NCBI GenBank assembly: GCA_964016885.1
Contig: OZ024740.1
Location: 233,988,001-234,052,000 of the forward strand
Source: Eledone cirrhosa
Taxonomy: Eukaryota
Length of the DNA stretch: 64,000 nucleotides
Direction: 5' to 3'
Below the pieces are notes generated by a model that was not told the DNA's origin, made no database searches, and was given only the letters and a program-made list of their open reading frames with translations. Both the position numbers and the translations under genes were made by a program. Positions 42,844 through 56,200 of this stretch are shown one piece after another; the stretch's first letter is position 1, and every line of letters starts with the position of its first letter.

Positions 42844-43532
42844 GTAAGTAATCTAATCTTTGTGTCTTTAGTTTTTGTTTTTTGATTCAAAATGAAAGAA
42901 AGTAAATTCAAAATGGTCGAAATCGTAGGATATTTGACTACTAGCTCATGGGAATAACTTCAAAAGCCTAGGTAGCTTTTATTGCTTTTGATTCTAAAGC
43001 ATCTAACAGAATATTGCATTTGTACTCTTATTTTGAGTAATAGATGCAATTTTGTTCGATGAAGTTGCTTACGTGATTTGTATTTCATTTGTTTATAGTT
43101 AAAAATCTTAATGAAAAAGGTTGTAACAAATTGGTATTCTTATGCATAATTCCCTTTATATTATAAAAAGAGTCATCGATTTATAATTTCTCACATTCTT
43201 GGGAATAATTTTCGTCGTAAATATTAAAACGAGATTTAACACCTCGTTATATTGAATATTGGTAGAATATAATCAATTCTACTAATGTTAATGTCAGAGG
43301 AATTATCAGAGAAACAAGGTAGATATCTGAATATTCAATAAGGCAGTGAAATAGAAGACAAACTCATGTATTAAATAACGAAAATATAATCGCTAACCCA
43401 GTCGTTCTACAAAGAGATATAGATAGGATTAGTGTTTCGTCACTTGACCTGCAGTTCTTTCCTGTCAAAAAACGGTTAAGTATATATCAATTATATCAAA
43501 ATCGTAAACACTAATGCATACACACACACGCG

Positions 43533-43659
<127 letters not shown>

Positions 43660-46600
43660 TTAAAAAAATAATGAATAAACAAAGAAACAGTTCCTTATAT
43701 TAAAAAATTCATCATTTTACGATCGTTTCTAGGATATATATGTTAGTGTTGGTATGCATATCCTATAGATATATGTAAAATTTTTACAAACTATCAGAGG
43801 GAATATACATACCTACACATATATATGCTGTCTTCAGAAATAATGATATTTGTTTATTGAAAAAACCAACAAAGATTTAATACAATAGGTCTGTTTGGGA
43901 ACAGGTTTTGAATTGACCAATAGAAAGATAGTGAAGGTCAAGATAGTAATATAGCAGTAAAAGAACCTTAATTTATGGGTGGAGGAAGGTAGATTTCAGT
44001 TTTGGATGGAAAGAATATTATGAATGAAAAGATTATTTTAGGGATGAGAATAGGTCATATGCTAACCTCAGAAATAATTATATTTGTTCATTGAATAAAA
44101 CCAACAAAGAATTGATATAGTAGGTCTGTTTGGGAACAGGTTTTGAATTAACCAATAGAAATGTGATAATTGGCCAAATGGTAAAATAGTAGTAATTGAA
44201 ATTTATTTTAGGGGTAGAAGAAGGCAGATTTCAATTTTGAATGGAAGGAGTATAAAGAATGAAAAGGTTATTTTAGGGGTGAAAATAGGTCAGGTCAGTA
44301 AATGGTAACACGAAAAGTTGCTGTTATAAAAGAATAATGCCAATGTAAATATCTAAGGAGAATAAAATTTTATGATAAATGTGTTAGTGAAAAAATATAT
44401 ATGGAATTTACATCTACGAAAAGAATATAAATTAATGCATATAGAAATGATAAATAAGAGTTAGATGTAATTGAAGAGTGCTGTTAAAGACGAGGGGAAA
44501 TTAAAAAATATATAAAAGGAATATATATATATATATATATAAAATTATTGGGGTGGGGGGTTAAATTTATAGTGAGAAATTATAAATATATAGAGATTTC
44601 GAGGAACATAGAATCATAAACTGAAATTAAAACATTATATATGTTTACTTAATGGTATCAATTTTAGGAAAAGATAGTTATAAGAAGGAAAGTAAAATTA
44701 TGTAGTTCATCAGTAGAAGAATATTAATTATAGGTTAACTAAATTAAAAATAGTTTTTATATTAATTTATAAAATGTATACTTATTAGGTTTATAATATT
44801 TAAAGGTTTTTCTCAGTTTATGATTACACGATATAATTAATTCCTGTCGCATATTTAATAGGATATCCTTAGATTTCATTATTTCAAAAAGTTCCTGAGA
44901 ACATAATCTACATTCATATCTATTATTTTGATAAGGGGTGGCTCTTTTGAGCACACCCCAGGTCAGGTCATAATCTATATTCCTCTTTCTATAATTATTA
45001 ATTATTTCAGCTAGAGATGTTGTATTAGCTAATGCGGCATTTTTAAAACTATGTTTGTGGGTATTAAATCTTACCTTAAATTGGTTAGCGGTAGCTCCTA
45101 TATATGAATAAATTGAGTCCTTAGTGTTAACTTTACATTTATATACTATGTTATTTACAAGGCAATTTCCTTTTAATGGGCAGTTTGCTTTGTTTCTACA
45201 GTTACAACATTTCGTGAATCCTGTATCAGAGGAGATATTATGGTTAGTTTGATGTACTGGTGGTATACCCATGGTTTTTTTAACATTTATATGCATTGTA
45301 GGCACTTATATTTTGTTTTATGTTTTTGGTTGTTGAGTAGGAGAATTTAACCGTTGATCTATTTAAAATTTGATGGTATATGTGGTTTGGCGGGAAGTTC
45401 TTCTCTAGGATATTAAAAAATTTTTTAGGTATATTATCCTTAATTTGTAAATTAAATGGAGCATTATACCAAGTAACTCGTCTATTACGGTTTCGATGTT
45501 GTTTATTGTTTTTATAGGATGTATCCTGATGTTTATTAAGAGAATTATTGTTAATGACTTCACCACACACATTTTTAGTTAGATTTATTGATTTAGGTGT
45601 TTTAGCTTGTTTATTAGGAGTTTTATTATTAACATTTATTAGAGTAGTAGGATGAGTAGTTTTTTGAGAGTTACTATATTGTATATTAGAAGAGTTAGAG
45701 AAATTTGGTTTTATGTTGGTATTTTGGGGTATAGTGTGAGTGGCATTTAGGTGTGTATGTTTCATTTGCTGTTTGTTGGTAATATTAGGTTGTATGTTTG
45801 TAGTGTTAATGGTACAAGGTATATATACTAATTTATTTTTGTGGCCACTTCTAGCTAAAGCTTCGTTGTAGAAGGTAGCATGTTTATCAAATACATCCTG
45901 GTTAGACGAAAGGTTCGAAATTCTAAGTGAGATATTATATGCAAGGTTTTTAAGGATAGATTTAGGGTGATTAGATTGTGAGTGTATGTAATGTAAATTT
46001 TGGTTAGATTTATGGTAAGGTTTTTTAATTTCCCCTCGTCTTTAACAGCACTCTTCAATTACATCTAACTCTTATTTATCATTTCTATATGCATTAATAT
46101 AAGTTTATCAATATAAATATACCCATCAATTAAATTAATTTATATTCTTTTCATAGATGTAAATTCCATATATATTTTTTTCACTAACACTTTTATCATA
46201 AAATGTTAGTCTCCTTAGATATTTACATTGGCATTATTCTTTTATAACAGCAACTTTTCGTGTTACTTTTTACTGACCTGACCTATTTTCACCCCTAAAA
46301 TAACCTTTTCATTCTTTATACTCCTTCCATTCAAAATTGAAATCTACCTTCTACTAATCCTAAAATAAATTTCAATTACTACTATTTTACCATTTGGCCA
46401 ATTATCACATTTCTATTGGTTAATTCAAAACCTGTTCCCAAACAGACCTACTATATCAATTCTTTGTTGGTTTTATTCAATGAACAAATATAATTATTTC
46501 TGAGGTCAGCATATGACCTATTCTCATCCCTAAAATAATCTTTTCATTCATAATATTCTTTCCATCCAAAACTGAAATCTACCTTCCTCCATCCATAAAT

Positions 46601-46726
46601 TAAGGTTCTTTTACTACTATATTACTATCTTGACCTTCACTATCTTTCTATTGGTCAATTCAGAACCTGTTCCCAAACAGACCTATTGTATTAAATCTTT
46701 GTTGGTTTTTTCAATAAACAAATATC

Positions 46727-46899
46727 TCGGTAGAGGGTCGGACGCCATGCTTTCCAGCATAGTTACGTCCCTTTACGATCTGAGTTCAAATCCCGCCGAG
46801 GTTGACTTTGCCTTTCATCCTTACGGGGTCGATGAAATAAAGTACCAGTAACGCACTGGGTAATTGCTAGCCTTGTGTCTAAAGTAGAAACAATTATTT
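46727..46899 (+). mobile_element. 5'-truncated tRNA-SINE family A nested in the PLE right arm
   Basis: Interrupts caaatatc|attatttctgaagac relative to the left arm. Confidence 0.88.
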
Positions 46900-47025
46900 C
46901 TGAAGACAGCATATATATGTGTAGGTATGTATATTCCCTCTGATAGTTTGTAAAAATTTTACATAGATCTATAGGATATGCATACCAACACTAACATATA
47001 TATCCTAGAAACGATCGTAAAATGT
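46893..47025 (+). ncRNA. Hammerhead with ~100-nt stem II insertion (mirror copy 43711-43844 minus)
   Basis: attattt-CTGAAGA-[101 nt]-GAA-ACGATCGT-A-aaatg. Confidence 0.6.
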
Positions 47026-47235
47026 TGATTTTTTAATATAAGGAACTGTTTCTTTGTTTATTCATTATTTTATTAATTTATCTTGACTCTGTTTTCCGTT
47101 AATTTTCACTGAAAAAATTTTTTGAATACATCTTCTCTTTTCACGATATTCGGATTACATTGAGTTCTTCATACGGATTGGACACTACCGTACATTTTGG
47201 TAGATTTATCTACATATATATATATACATATATAT

Positions 47236-47926
47236 CACCTTGATCACCTTGACCGACCAGTCTGTCGGGCGTCCATTCAGCGCTGATGGTCACAGCACGC
47301 CGTCCATTCCTCTCTGGATCGTGCTTTCCTCATCCATGTATTCCCAATCGTATTCTTAAAATCGTAACTCCACCCTCGTGGAGGCCTTCCGAGTGGTCGT
47401 TTCCGCTTATCGGTGAAGCGGGCGACGTCCACCGATTATCGGTGAACCGGGCGACGTGTCCAGCCCATCTGAACTTGCTGCGCATATATTCCGTGATGAC
47501 GTCCCTCAAGCCGGACTTCTGTCTGATGACTTCGCTCCTGGTGTGCTCTCTCAGTGCTCTCTAGCATTGCTCTCTAGCATTGATCTCTCCATGGCTCTTT
47601 GATGAAAACGAAGTTCATGCGGTCCGACAACGTACCAACCGGTCGAATGGTGGTTAGCGGTGATGAAATAGAGGAGGTAGAGGAATACGTCTACCTGGGA
47701 CAAGAAGTGAACATGCGCTGGGACATTGAGAGGGAGATCTCGCAGAGAGTAAGGGCCGGATGGAAGGCGTTCAATGGCATAAAGGATATGCTCAAGGGGA
47801 GGTTGGACAAGACCACCCGCGCCAACCTCTTCAATAGCACAGTTTTACCTGCAATGTTATATGGCAGTGAAATTGGGCTACAACGAAGAGAGAAGAGCAG
47901 AGGCTGAAAACGGCTCAAAGAGACAT

Positions 47927-47930
<4 letters not shown>
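47236..47930 (-). mobile_element. RTE-clade LINE 3' fragment with inverted 5' segment
   Basis: The + segment 47599-47929 encodes EEVEEYVYLGQ..FNSTVLPAMLYGSE. The minus segment 47236-47598 continues from QRAMER to a short-repeat tail. Confidence 0.8.
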
Positions 47931-47964
<34 letters not shown>

Positions 47965-47986
<22 letters not shown>

Positions 47987-48901
47987 GTATGTGTGTGTGT
48001 GTTTGTGTGTCTGTGTATTACCTATAGGGGGCTACATCTTACGACCAATTTTCATTAAACTTTACAGGTTCATAGATTAGTCATCAGTGAGTGTTTTCTA
48101 TATATCAGCGTATCGTTTTTTCTATTCCGAGGTCATTCTGCAGATAATAATCGATAGGGGGGCACCTTTTTTTAGGTATCGAAAAATAAGATTTTTGGCT
48201 CTAGCTCCCAAATTTTGCCACCGATTTCGTTCAAATTTTAAAGCAAAATAGAATTTATCATTGCACATCCTGTAATGGCTTTATATTTTGGTTTTTATTG
48301 TTCAGGGACGGCGTGGCAACCGCTTAAATATTCAAAAATACCACTTTTAGACTCAAATTTCCACTTTTTCGATTCTAGCTCCCACATTAATCAACCTACT
48401 TTGTTCAAATTTTACACTACGCTAGATCTGATTATTTCACGTCTTAAAGTAGCTTTACATTTTGGTCTTTTTGTTCAGGAACGGCGTGGCAGCCGCTTAA
48501 ATATTCGAAAATACCACCTTTTCGCTCAAATTTCCGCCTTTTCGGCTCTAGCTCCCACATTTTTCAACCAATTTCGTTCAAATTCGAAACTTCGGCTCCA
48601 CCTCACACATAAATCAATTTATTTGGTTCAACTTTTATACTACTATAGATCCTATCATTGCACATCTTATAGTAGCTTTATACTTTGCATTTTTTGTTCA
48701 GGGACGGCGTGGCAGCTATTTAACTCTTCAAAATATGATTTTTTCCACCCCCCACATATTCCATATGATTTCACTCAACATTTAGCCATTTGCTACTCCT
48801 TACGATCAATTTTCAAGAAACTCGCAGTCGTTAAGATCAACACCTTTTCATCAAAGCAGATTTTATTTTACCTACCCAGGCAACGCTGGGTACTGCTGCT
48901 A

Positions 48902-48902
<1 letters not shown>
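47965..48902 (+). mobile_element. Non-autonomous Helitron with internal repeats
   Basis: 3' hairpin cccaggcaacgctggg followed by CTAG|T at 48899-48903. ttgttcagggacggcgtggca is repeated three times; the 5' end is buried in (TA)n. Confidence 0.75.
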
Positions 48903-48957
<55 letters not shown>

Positions 48958-49084
48958 TAAAATAACAGATTATATATGGTATTAGGTATTAGTATTGGTG
49001 CTCTGAAATAACGATGTATACATGAATGTATGCATAGTATATTTGGCAATATACCGTATGATTGAGCGATAACCGGTCCTGCAA

Positions 49085-50190
49085 AAATTATTTGATAATT
49101 TATATACACCATCTCCTCTCCCAATCAACATAATCAATCACACAAAAAAAACAATTAAACCAGGCTATAAGATTAAAAGGCACCTATGAAGAAATAATAG
49201 ATAAATAAACGACAGCCATCTATTCGCGATCAACAGCTATAGAATATTTACCGACCATTTCAATAACACGTGGAAATCGATTAAATATATCGTCAACCAT
49301 ACACAATTAGGTATAAAATCAAAGTTAGAAGAAAAAATGTATATACACATACCAAGATTACATTTCTACCCCATGGGGTTTCGTTCGCTTTGGAAATATC
49401 CGATCAAGGATAAATTCACGAGCTTCGAAATCATCAGATTGGGAGAGGAGATGGTGTAAATATTTTATCAAATGATTCTATGGACATACTTTATTGTATA
49501 TTACTCTGATTGTTGATTATTTAATTAATTAATTCGTCATTGAGGCACATCGTGAATGGTTGCCAAAAACATATATATATATATATGACTTTGTCTAGTT
49601 TGTTTATATGTAAATCTTTATATTTGATAATCTCCCATATGGTTGAGATGCAATTTAGGCAATATTAGGCTGCGCTTTCTAGCAACCAGCCCACTCACCG
49701 TTAGGCACCAATCACATTCTTTCTCACTTGACCACTGCCACGTCACAGTTCTTAGCCATTTTGAATTTGTTTCTGGCGGGGATCATTTAAGAAGAATCTT
49801 CGTCCAAGTGAGTTTGTTTCCTGATGATTTCGAAGCTCGTGAATTTATCCTTGATCGGATATTTCCAAAATCGAATGAAACTCCATGGGGTAGAAACGTA
49901 ATCTTGGTATGTTTATATACATTTTTTCTTCTAACTTTGATTTTATACCTAATTGTGTATGGTTGACGATATATTTAATCGATTTCCACGTGCTATTGAA
50001 ATGCTGGGTAAATATTCTCTCGCTGTTGATCGCGAATACGGCTGTCGTTTATTTATCTATTATTTCTTCATAGGTGCCTTTTAATCTTATAGCCTGGTTT
50101 AATTGTTTTTTTTTTGTGTGGTTGATTATGCTGATTGGAAGAGGAGATGGTGTATATATTTTATCAAATGATTCTATGGACATACTTTAT
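49085..50190. mobile_element. Inverted-repeat element (~345-bp arms 49090-49437 / 49821-50165), each arm with a hammerhead
   Basis: Arms are reverse complements. A short extra inverted piece sits at 49438-49500. Related to the 26158 family (atatacaccatctcctctcccaat). Confidence 0.82.
49816..49897 (+). ncRNA. Type I hammerhead with extended stem II, sense to the SLCO pre-mRNA
   Basis: gtttc-CTGATGA-tttcga...tcgaat-GAA-ACTCCATGGGGT-A-gaaac. Confidence 0.72.
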
Positions 50191-50193
50191 TAT

Positions 50194-50257
<64 letters not shown>

Positions 50258-50361
50258 ATCCACCAATTAATGGTAGAGTCCAAACCGTATGTAGAAGATG
50301 TCGTGGAGCAAAGTTTAAAATACAAAATTTCAACGATATAATTCATTGGAAGCAGAGTCAA

Positions 50362-50696
50362 AATAATACAAATAGTGAAAACAATGAAATTAAACAAACT
50401 ACGGGTAATTCATAGTAAAACTCATTATTTTACGATCGTTTCTAGGAGGTAGATCTCCGTATGTTCATTCTATTAGTGATCTATGTAAAATATATTACAA
50501 ATTATTAAAGTAAGAAAATATACATGCGACTTCCCTACCCGCCGTCTTCAGAAATAATGAATTATTTTAATATATTTTACATAGATCACTAATAGAATGA
50601 ACATACGGAGAACTGCCCCCCAGAAACGATCGTAAAATAATGAGTTTTACTATGAATTACCCGTATTTTGTTTAATTTCATTGTTTTCACTATTTG

Positions 50697-50776
<80 letters not shown>

Positions 50777-50833
50777 CAAATAGTGAAAACAATGAAATTA
50801 AACAAAATACATAGTAAAACTCATTATTTTACG
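50362..50833. repeat. Triple fold-back repeat with large-stem-II hammerhead (50422-50560, minus)
   Basis: Minus strand: tcattattt-CTGAAGA-[~102 nt]-GAAACGATCGTA-aaataatga (9-bp stem I). 50570-50701 inverts 50362-50494; 50771-50833 repeats the end again across (TA)n. Confidence 0.75.
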
Positions 50834-50913
<80 letters not shown>

Positions 50914-50961
50914 TTAGTTAAGCAAAACAAGACCACAAACTTCACAAGGAAGACATTATTA

Positions 50962-51150
50962 CGGTGGATTGGCAGTATCGGTAGAGGGTCGGACGCCATG
51001 CTTTCCAGCATAGTTACGTCCCTTTACGGTCTGAGTTCAAATCCCGCCGAGGTTGACTTTGCCTTTCATCCTTACGGGGTCGATAAAATAAAGTACCAGT
51101 AATGCACTGGGTAATTGCTGGCCTTGTGCCTAAAGTAGAAACAATTATTA
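50962..51150 (+). mobile_element. tRNA-SINE family A, near-consensus copy
   Basis: A/B boxes; attatta on both sides. Confidence 0.88.
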
Positions 51151-51219
51151 AAAGATATCTCCATCTCTCTCTTTAAGATTGGTTACTCTTGAACTGTGTG
51201 TATATTTATATATATATAT

Positions 51220-51442
51220 ATATTAGTAAAAGGAAAAGAAAATGCTGACAAATTTTTCCCAGTGAAAAATAGTTTAATTAGGAATAAGTATAAATTAGTA
51301 ATAAGTATTGGTTAGTATTCACTTTAGTTTTAAGTTTTTACCGGTTGCGCATTTCTTATTACTAATTTATACTTATTCCTAATTAAACTATTTTTCACTG
51401 GGAAAAATTTGTCAGCATTTTCTTTTCCTTTTACTAATATAT
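51220..51442. repeat. Near-perfect ~85-bp inverted repeat beside (TA)n
   Basis: 51220-51305 is the reverse complement of 51355-51440. Contains GAAAaatttGTC, a possible hammerhead 3' half. Confidence 0.8.
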
Positions 51443-52012
51443 CACAACTCGTGTGTTACACCTCTATTTTTTTAAATATATATATATGATAACCAGTGCT
51501 TCTCTTCTACACATAAATACCACCGGGTCTTCAAAAGGCACACTGTCAAGTTCTCGTTTTAGACAACACCAAACCTTGGGAGCTTGATAACCGCCATCGA
51601 CAACGAGGTCTTATTAGAAGAATGAATGGTATGGGAATGAAGGTAAAGAAAAAAAGAAGTAAATAAATGTCTCTACGTATCAGACATAAGTTCTACATAA
51701 AAAAGAGAAAATTTCGGAGAGAAGAGGTTGGAGGTTTGAAGAGAAAACAGAAATGTTTTAAGATGAGTTAGGATAGCAGAAGTTAAAGATACACAGATAA
51801 TTTAGAATTTCAAATAAGTTAAGTATCTGTATATATGTTTGCACAGGTTAGTACGCACAAAGCATAAAACCCGAACCCTTTTTTTCTGTAGACTAGTTAG
51901 ATAAATAATTTTTTTATACTGTTCTGGACAGTAAATATATCTCTGAAAGAAAATATGGTGAAGATTATACCTTGCTTTGTATAGGGAGTCTTTGACGTAT
52001 ATTTAACTATAA

Positions 52013-52176
52013 CTAGAAAACCCATGACCCGTAGGGTCACGTTCATTTTAAAATATTTTTTTTAAATCATGTTCACTTAAAAATAATTTTTAAATAATTA
52101 AAATATTCACAGACATTTATATAATGTGAAATGAAACTGGAAAGCCCATATATATATATATATAAATGTGTGTGTG

Positions 52177-52208
<32 letters not shown>

Positions 52209-52581
52209 CGATATTAAATAAATGGAAACTATATTTATAAAACCATATTTATTTCATTATACATATTTCAGGGATACCAAATTAAAATATGGTATGCCTT
52301 CGTCAGACAAAATACAATATATAAACAATATAATACAATATATAAACTGTTTATATATTGTATTTTGTCTGATGAAGGCATACCATATTTGGTATCCCTC
52401 AAATATGTATAATGAAATAAATATGGTTTTATAAATATAGTTTCCATTTATTTAATATCGTATATCTACTCCAAAAACTTGTCGAGTGCTTTATATCAGT
52501 TATAAAATATTTACTTGTTGTATCCCAACAATTTTAAATAGAACTTTTGCATATATATATATATATATATATATAAACGTT

Positions 52582-52632
<51 letters not shown>

Positions 52633-52856
52633 ATATATATATATGTGTGTGTCTGTGATCTAATACACTGGTCATAGACACACACATACATATATACACC
52701 CATTCACATATATATATATATAAAAACACATCCACATATATATATACACAACAACACCATCAGCTCTCTCTCTTCCATTCTCCTTCTCTGTCTCCTCTCC
52801 CTCTCGCTGTCTCTCTTTCAATTTACTCTGTCACAATCACTCACTCTTTCTCTCTA

Positions 52857-52925
<69 letters not shown>

Positions 52926-53115
52926 ATGAAGGTACCCGGAAAACCTCATATCTCTGGAACCCGTCCTCCGATTTTCGCGAAACTTGTTTTATTCCATTTG
53001 TATTCACATTTCAGGGTCAACTTCCTTTCAAAGTATTTTCCCATCATGCACCCTTTTGGCTGTATTACATTACAGACAAGCAAGCAAGCAAGCAATCGCA
53101 GAGTTTTAGTAATAT
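52013..53115 (-). mobile_element. Probable non-autonomous Helitron
   Basis: CTAG plus hairpin tgacccgtagggtca at 52013-52040 (similar end at ~62374-62402). Helitron-like 5' region (tatattactaaaac, minus strand) near 53102-53116. Confidence 0.5.
52205..52465. repeat. Palindromic element made of two hammerhead-like motifs
   Basis: Minus strand 52250-52315: tattttgt-CTGACGA-aggcatacca..tggtatccct-GAAAtatgtaTA-atgaaata. The + copy at 52361-52418 has CTGATGA. Confidence 0.72.
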
Positions 53116-53278
53116 ACTAGCAGAATGGCCCGGCGTTGCTCGGGATTTGCTCTCGGGTTCTTATATATTTGATATATATTTATCCTTATCGAGCCTCGTG
53201 AAATAAATACGTTTGTTCATATTTTCTTATTGTGTATGCAAAAATATCTGTACACGAATATATAATTATATATATATA

Positions 53279-56200
53279 CTAGCAGTTTAGCCCGGCGTTG
53301 CTCGGGTTTATTCATTTGCTATGAAAAGTTACATACAGGTAAACGTGGCTTTAAAGCGAATAAGCTTATCAATTAAGTGCATAAAGCAGTTGAACCGGTT
53401 ATTAAAAGTTAGGAACCAATTAGCATTTTGGACAATCACTGATGGGTTAATAATCATCCAATAGCGAATTTAGCAGACCAAAGTTGCAAGATGGTGGCCC
53501 TGATGCCGCTGGGTGTCACATCTGTCCGCCATGGGTGACCCTACCAGGAAATAGTTTTCCAGACGGCATAGCTCCAACACCTCCAACACCTCCAACACCT
53601 GCACCAACATCTATAGCACCTCTTTGTAGACGATATTGCCTGTCATCCCTTGAGGAGTGTAAGCAAAAAGTCCATTCCTGCTCCCTACGTGGGAACAGGC
53701 AACATAAAGTTGACCATGGGAGAAGTATGGCTCTCCCAAATGGATGCCCGCCACCGACAATGTTTGCCCTTGTGACTTGTTAATGGACATGGCAAAACAT
53801 GGTTTCATCGGGAATTGGGATCGCCGGAAATCGAACGGGATATCTGACGCCGAGGGGAAAAGGTTCATCCCTGGAATGAAAAGATTCTCCCCTCTCCCGC
53901 ACCCCATTACAATGGTGGCCTCAATCAAGTGGGGCGTCATTGACTTGACGACCATGCGAGTACCGTTGCACTGCTTTGGTGGGCGCAAGTTCCTTATTAG
54001 CATAATGAGACAGCCAACCCTAAGCTTAAGAATGTGAGGTGGGAGCCCTGGAGGCTCAAGGGAATTTAATAACTCAACCGGATAATTAACGATATCGTCG
54101 GGGTCTGACGTCCGGTCGATAGATTTGAAGATGTGCTCTTTACCGGGAATTTTCTCAATCAGCTGCTCGTTAATAAAATAAACCATGGTATTTTTCGGAG
54201 CAAGGATGGCTCTTTCGCTGAGCCAATCGAAGTTTTTAAAGTTAGATGAGACATTAGGTAAAACTGCCTCCCAAAGGTCAGAAGGGCTGCTCACAATGTT
54301 GCACAGGGAGTCGATTGCCATGCCGCCCTTGTCATCCGCAGGGACCTTGCCCTCACAAAGTGCTAAAATGTTCTGAGCAAATGCTGCAGACATGTTGTCA
54401 CCATGCAAATGAGCACGCATATTTGTGCTCAAGTACAAAGTCTTCACCTGGGGCCACAACGTGGACGACTTAAGGCAGACACGCACTTCATCAGCTCTTG
54501 TCCCTTTGGGGATGACAGGCAGCGTTTGCCGAAAATCTCCTAATAGCAGAAGGGTTGCGCCACCCATAGGAGCCGTAGAATCCCTAACGTCTTTCAGGCT
54601 CCCGTCCAATGCCTCAAGGGCACCCCTGTGTGCCATTGTGCACTAATCCCAAACAATGAAGCAACATTTTTTGAGAACCAGAGCTTCGTGTGAGTTCTTG
54701 CTGATATTGCATATTGGTATCTCAGTTTTTACTAAATCCAAGGGGAGTTTAAAGGTTAAATGTGCTGTCCTGCAGCAAACTAGCAGCGATCCGGGAAGAT
54801 GCAACGACCAACGAAATTTCTTTCTCCTGGCGAATCTTAGCGGGAATCAATTTTGTTACAAAAGTTTTTCCGGTACCCCCAAGAGCATCGAGAAAGTAAA
54901 CACCCCCAGTCTGATTTTGAACCGCGTCAATGATAGTTAAATAAGCCAACCTTTGGTCCGACAGACGTTTGGGCTCATTTACCTCTAAGTCTTGGGAAAG
55001 AGATTCGATGTCATATGCTGTTTCCCGCAACAAATCCGGTGCCAACGTGTTAGCTTCATCTGTGACGGTTGACGGCAAGCCATACGTCACCAACTCACTC
55101 CCACCCATGTCGAGGAGGGCGTCCTCGATATCAATGAGTGCCCTGTTCTAGATAATGCCGCTGTAAGCAACTTCCACCGAAGGATACTGCAGATGAGCCA
55201 AGCGGAGGAAATCCTTAGACATGAAGTCTCTGTACTTGACCCATAAAGATTTGGGATCACCCAATTCACACTTTTGAAGGAAAATGGCAAAGAGTTCCCG
55301 TAGACCTTTAGGTAATTTCAACAAAGCACCCTCTGCTAAAGTGGAATCCCATTGCAAAGCATCTTCCAAAAGACCACGCTTAAAGCAGGCTTCCCGGTAC
55401 GTATCACATATTTCTCCATCAACAGTTTTGAGGTCCTGAAAACTTTGTGGGTCTACAACTTCATGCAGAAGAAGGCGGAGATGAAAGCACTCATGCTGAC
55501 TTCGGGGCACAGTGTAAACCCTTCCAAGACAGCTGTCAAATTTTACACCAGGATGTCTTTCAACAGCCTGACCTGACTTTCTTCGCACCCAAGTGTTTTT
55601 CGACCATATAAAGTCGGATGGAACCTGGGGGTACACAATTGTTTGCGCAAATGTATCGAACTGGCAAATTTTGAAGAAACCTGTCAGAGTGGTCTCTTTC
55701 GAATCGGCAGCCAGCTTGGCGGCGGTTTGGTCCGTATAGTAAACCCTTTGCCCACTTTCCAAATGTACCGCAAGCTGTACGATAGCGGAGTGCCGTTGGT
55801 GTAGGGGAAACCAAATAGGCGCCAAAAAGCTTCATTGCTACTGATGTACCGCCCTGCCAGGTATTCCGTGACCTCATCAAAGCCCTTATTTACATATTTG
55901 CATATGTATTTTATAGACTTGACGGAGTTGCAAAACTCAACGTTGATGTGGGCGTTTAACATCTTCAAGAGAAGCGAGCAGTAAGGGACCACCCATCTAT
56001 TGTCGACTTGACCTCCCTTTACTGTTGTGGTGAAGCCACCGTTCTCGGGCCGTCTCCGCCTGTAGAGAGGGCACCCATCGCCACCAGTCTGAGTCTGGTC
56101 AACAAATTTTTTGGGGTATCGCTTACTGCACGACCCCCTTTTCAGACACGTGTGATGCTCATTAGGACCCGACGCATACGGACCATGTTAGCTTTGACGA

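Noticed and set aside
48275-48985. 236-aa ORF
   Set aside because: Lies in the repetitive interior of a non-autonomous Helitron, runs into (TA)n and has no recognisable domain.
50962-51050. Possible tRNA genes (A/B boxes)
   Set aside because: These are SINE heads followed by a shared body and tail; no full cloverleaf is evident.
53611-54636. Host PIF1 helicase gene
   Set aside because: Intronless, frameshifted upstream, linked to Rep motifs and bounded by Helitron termini.
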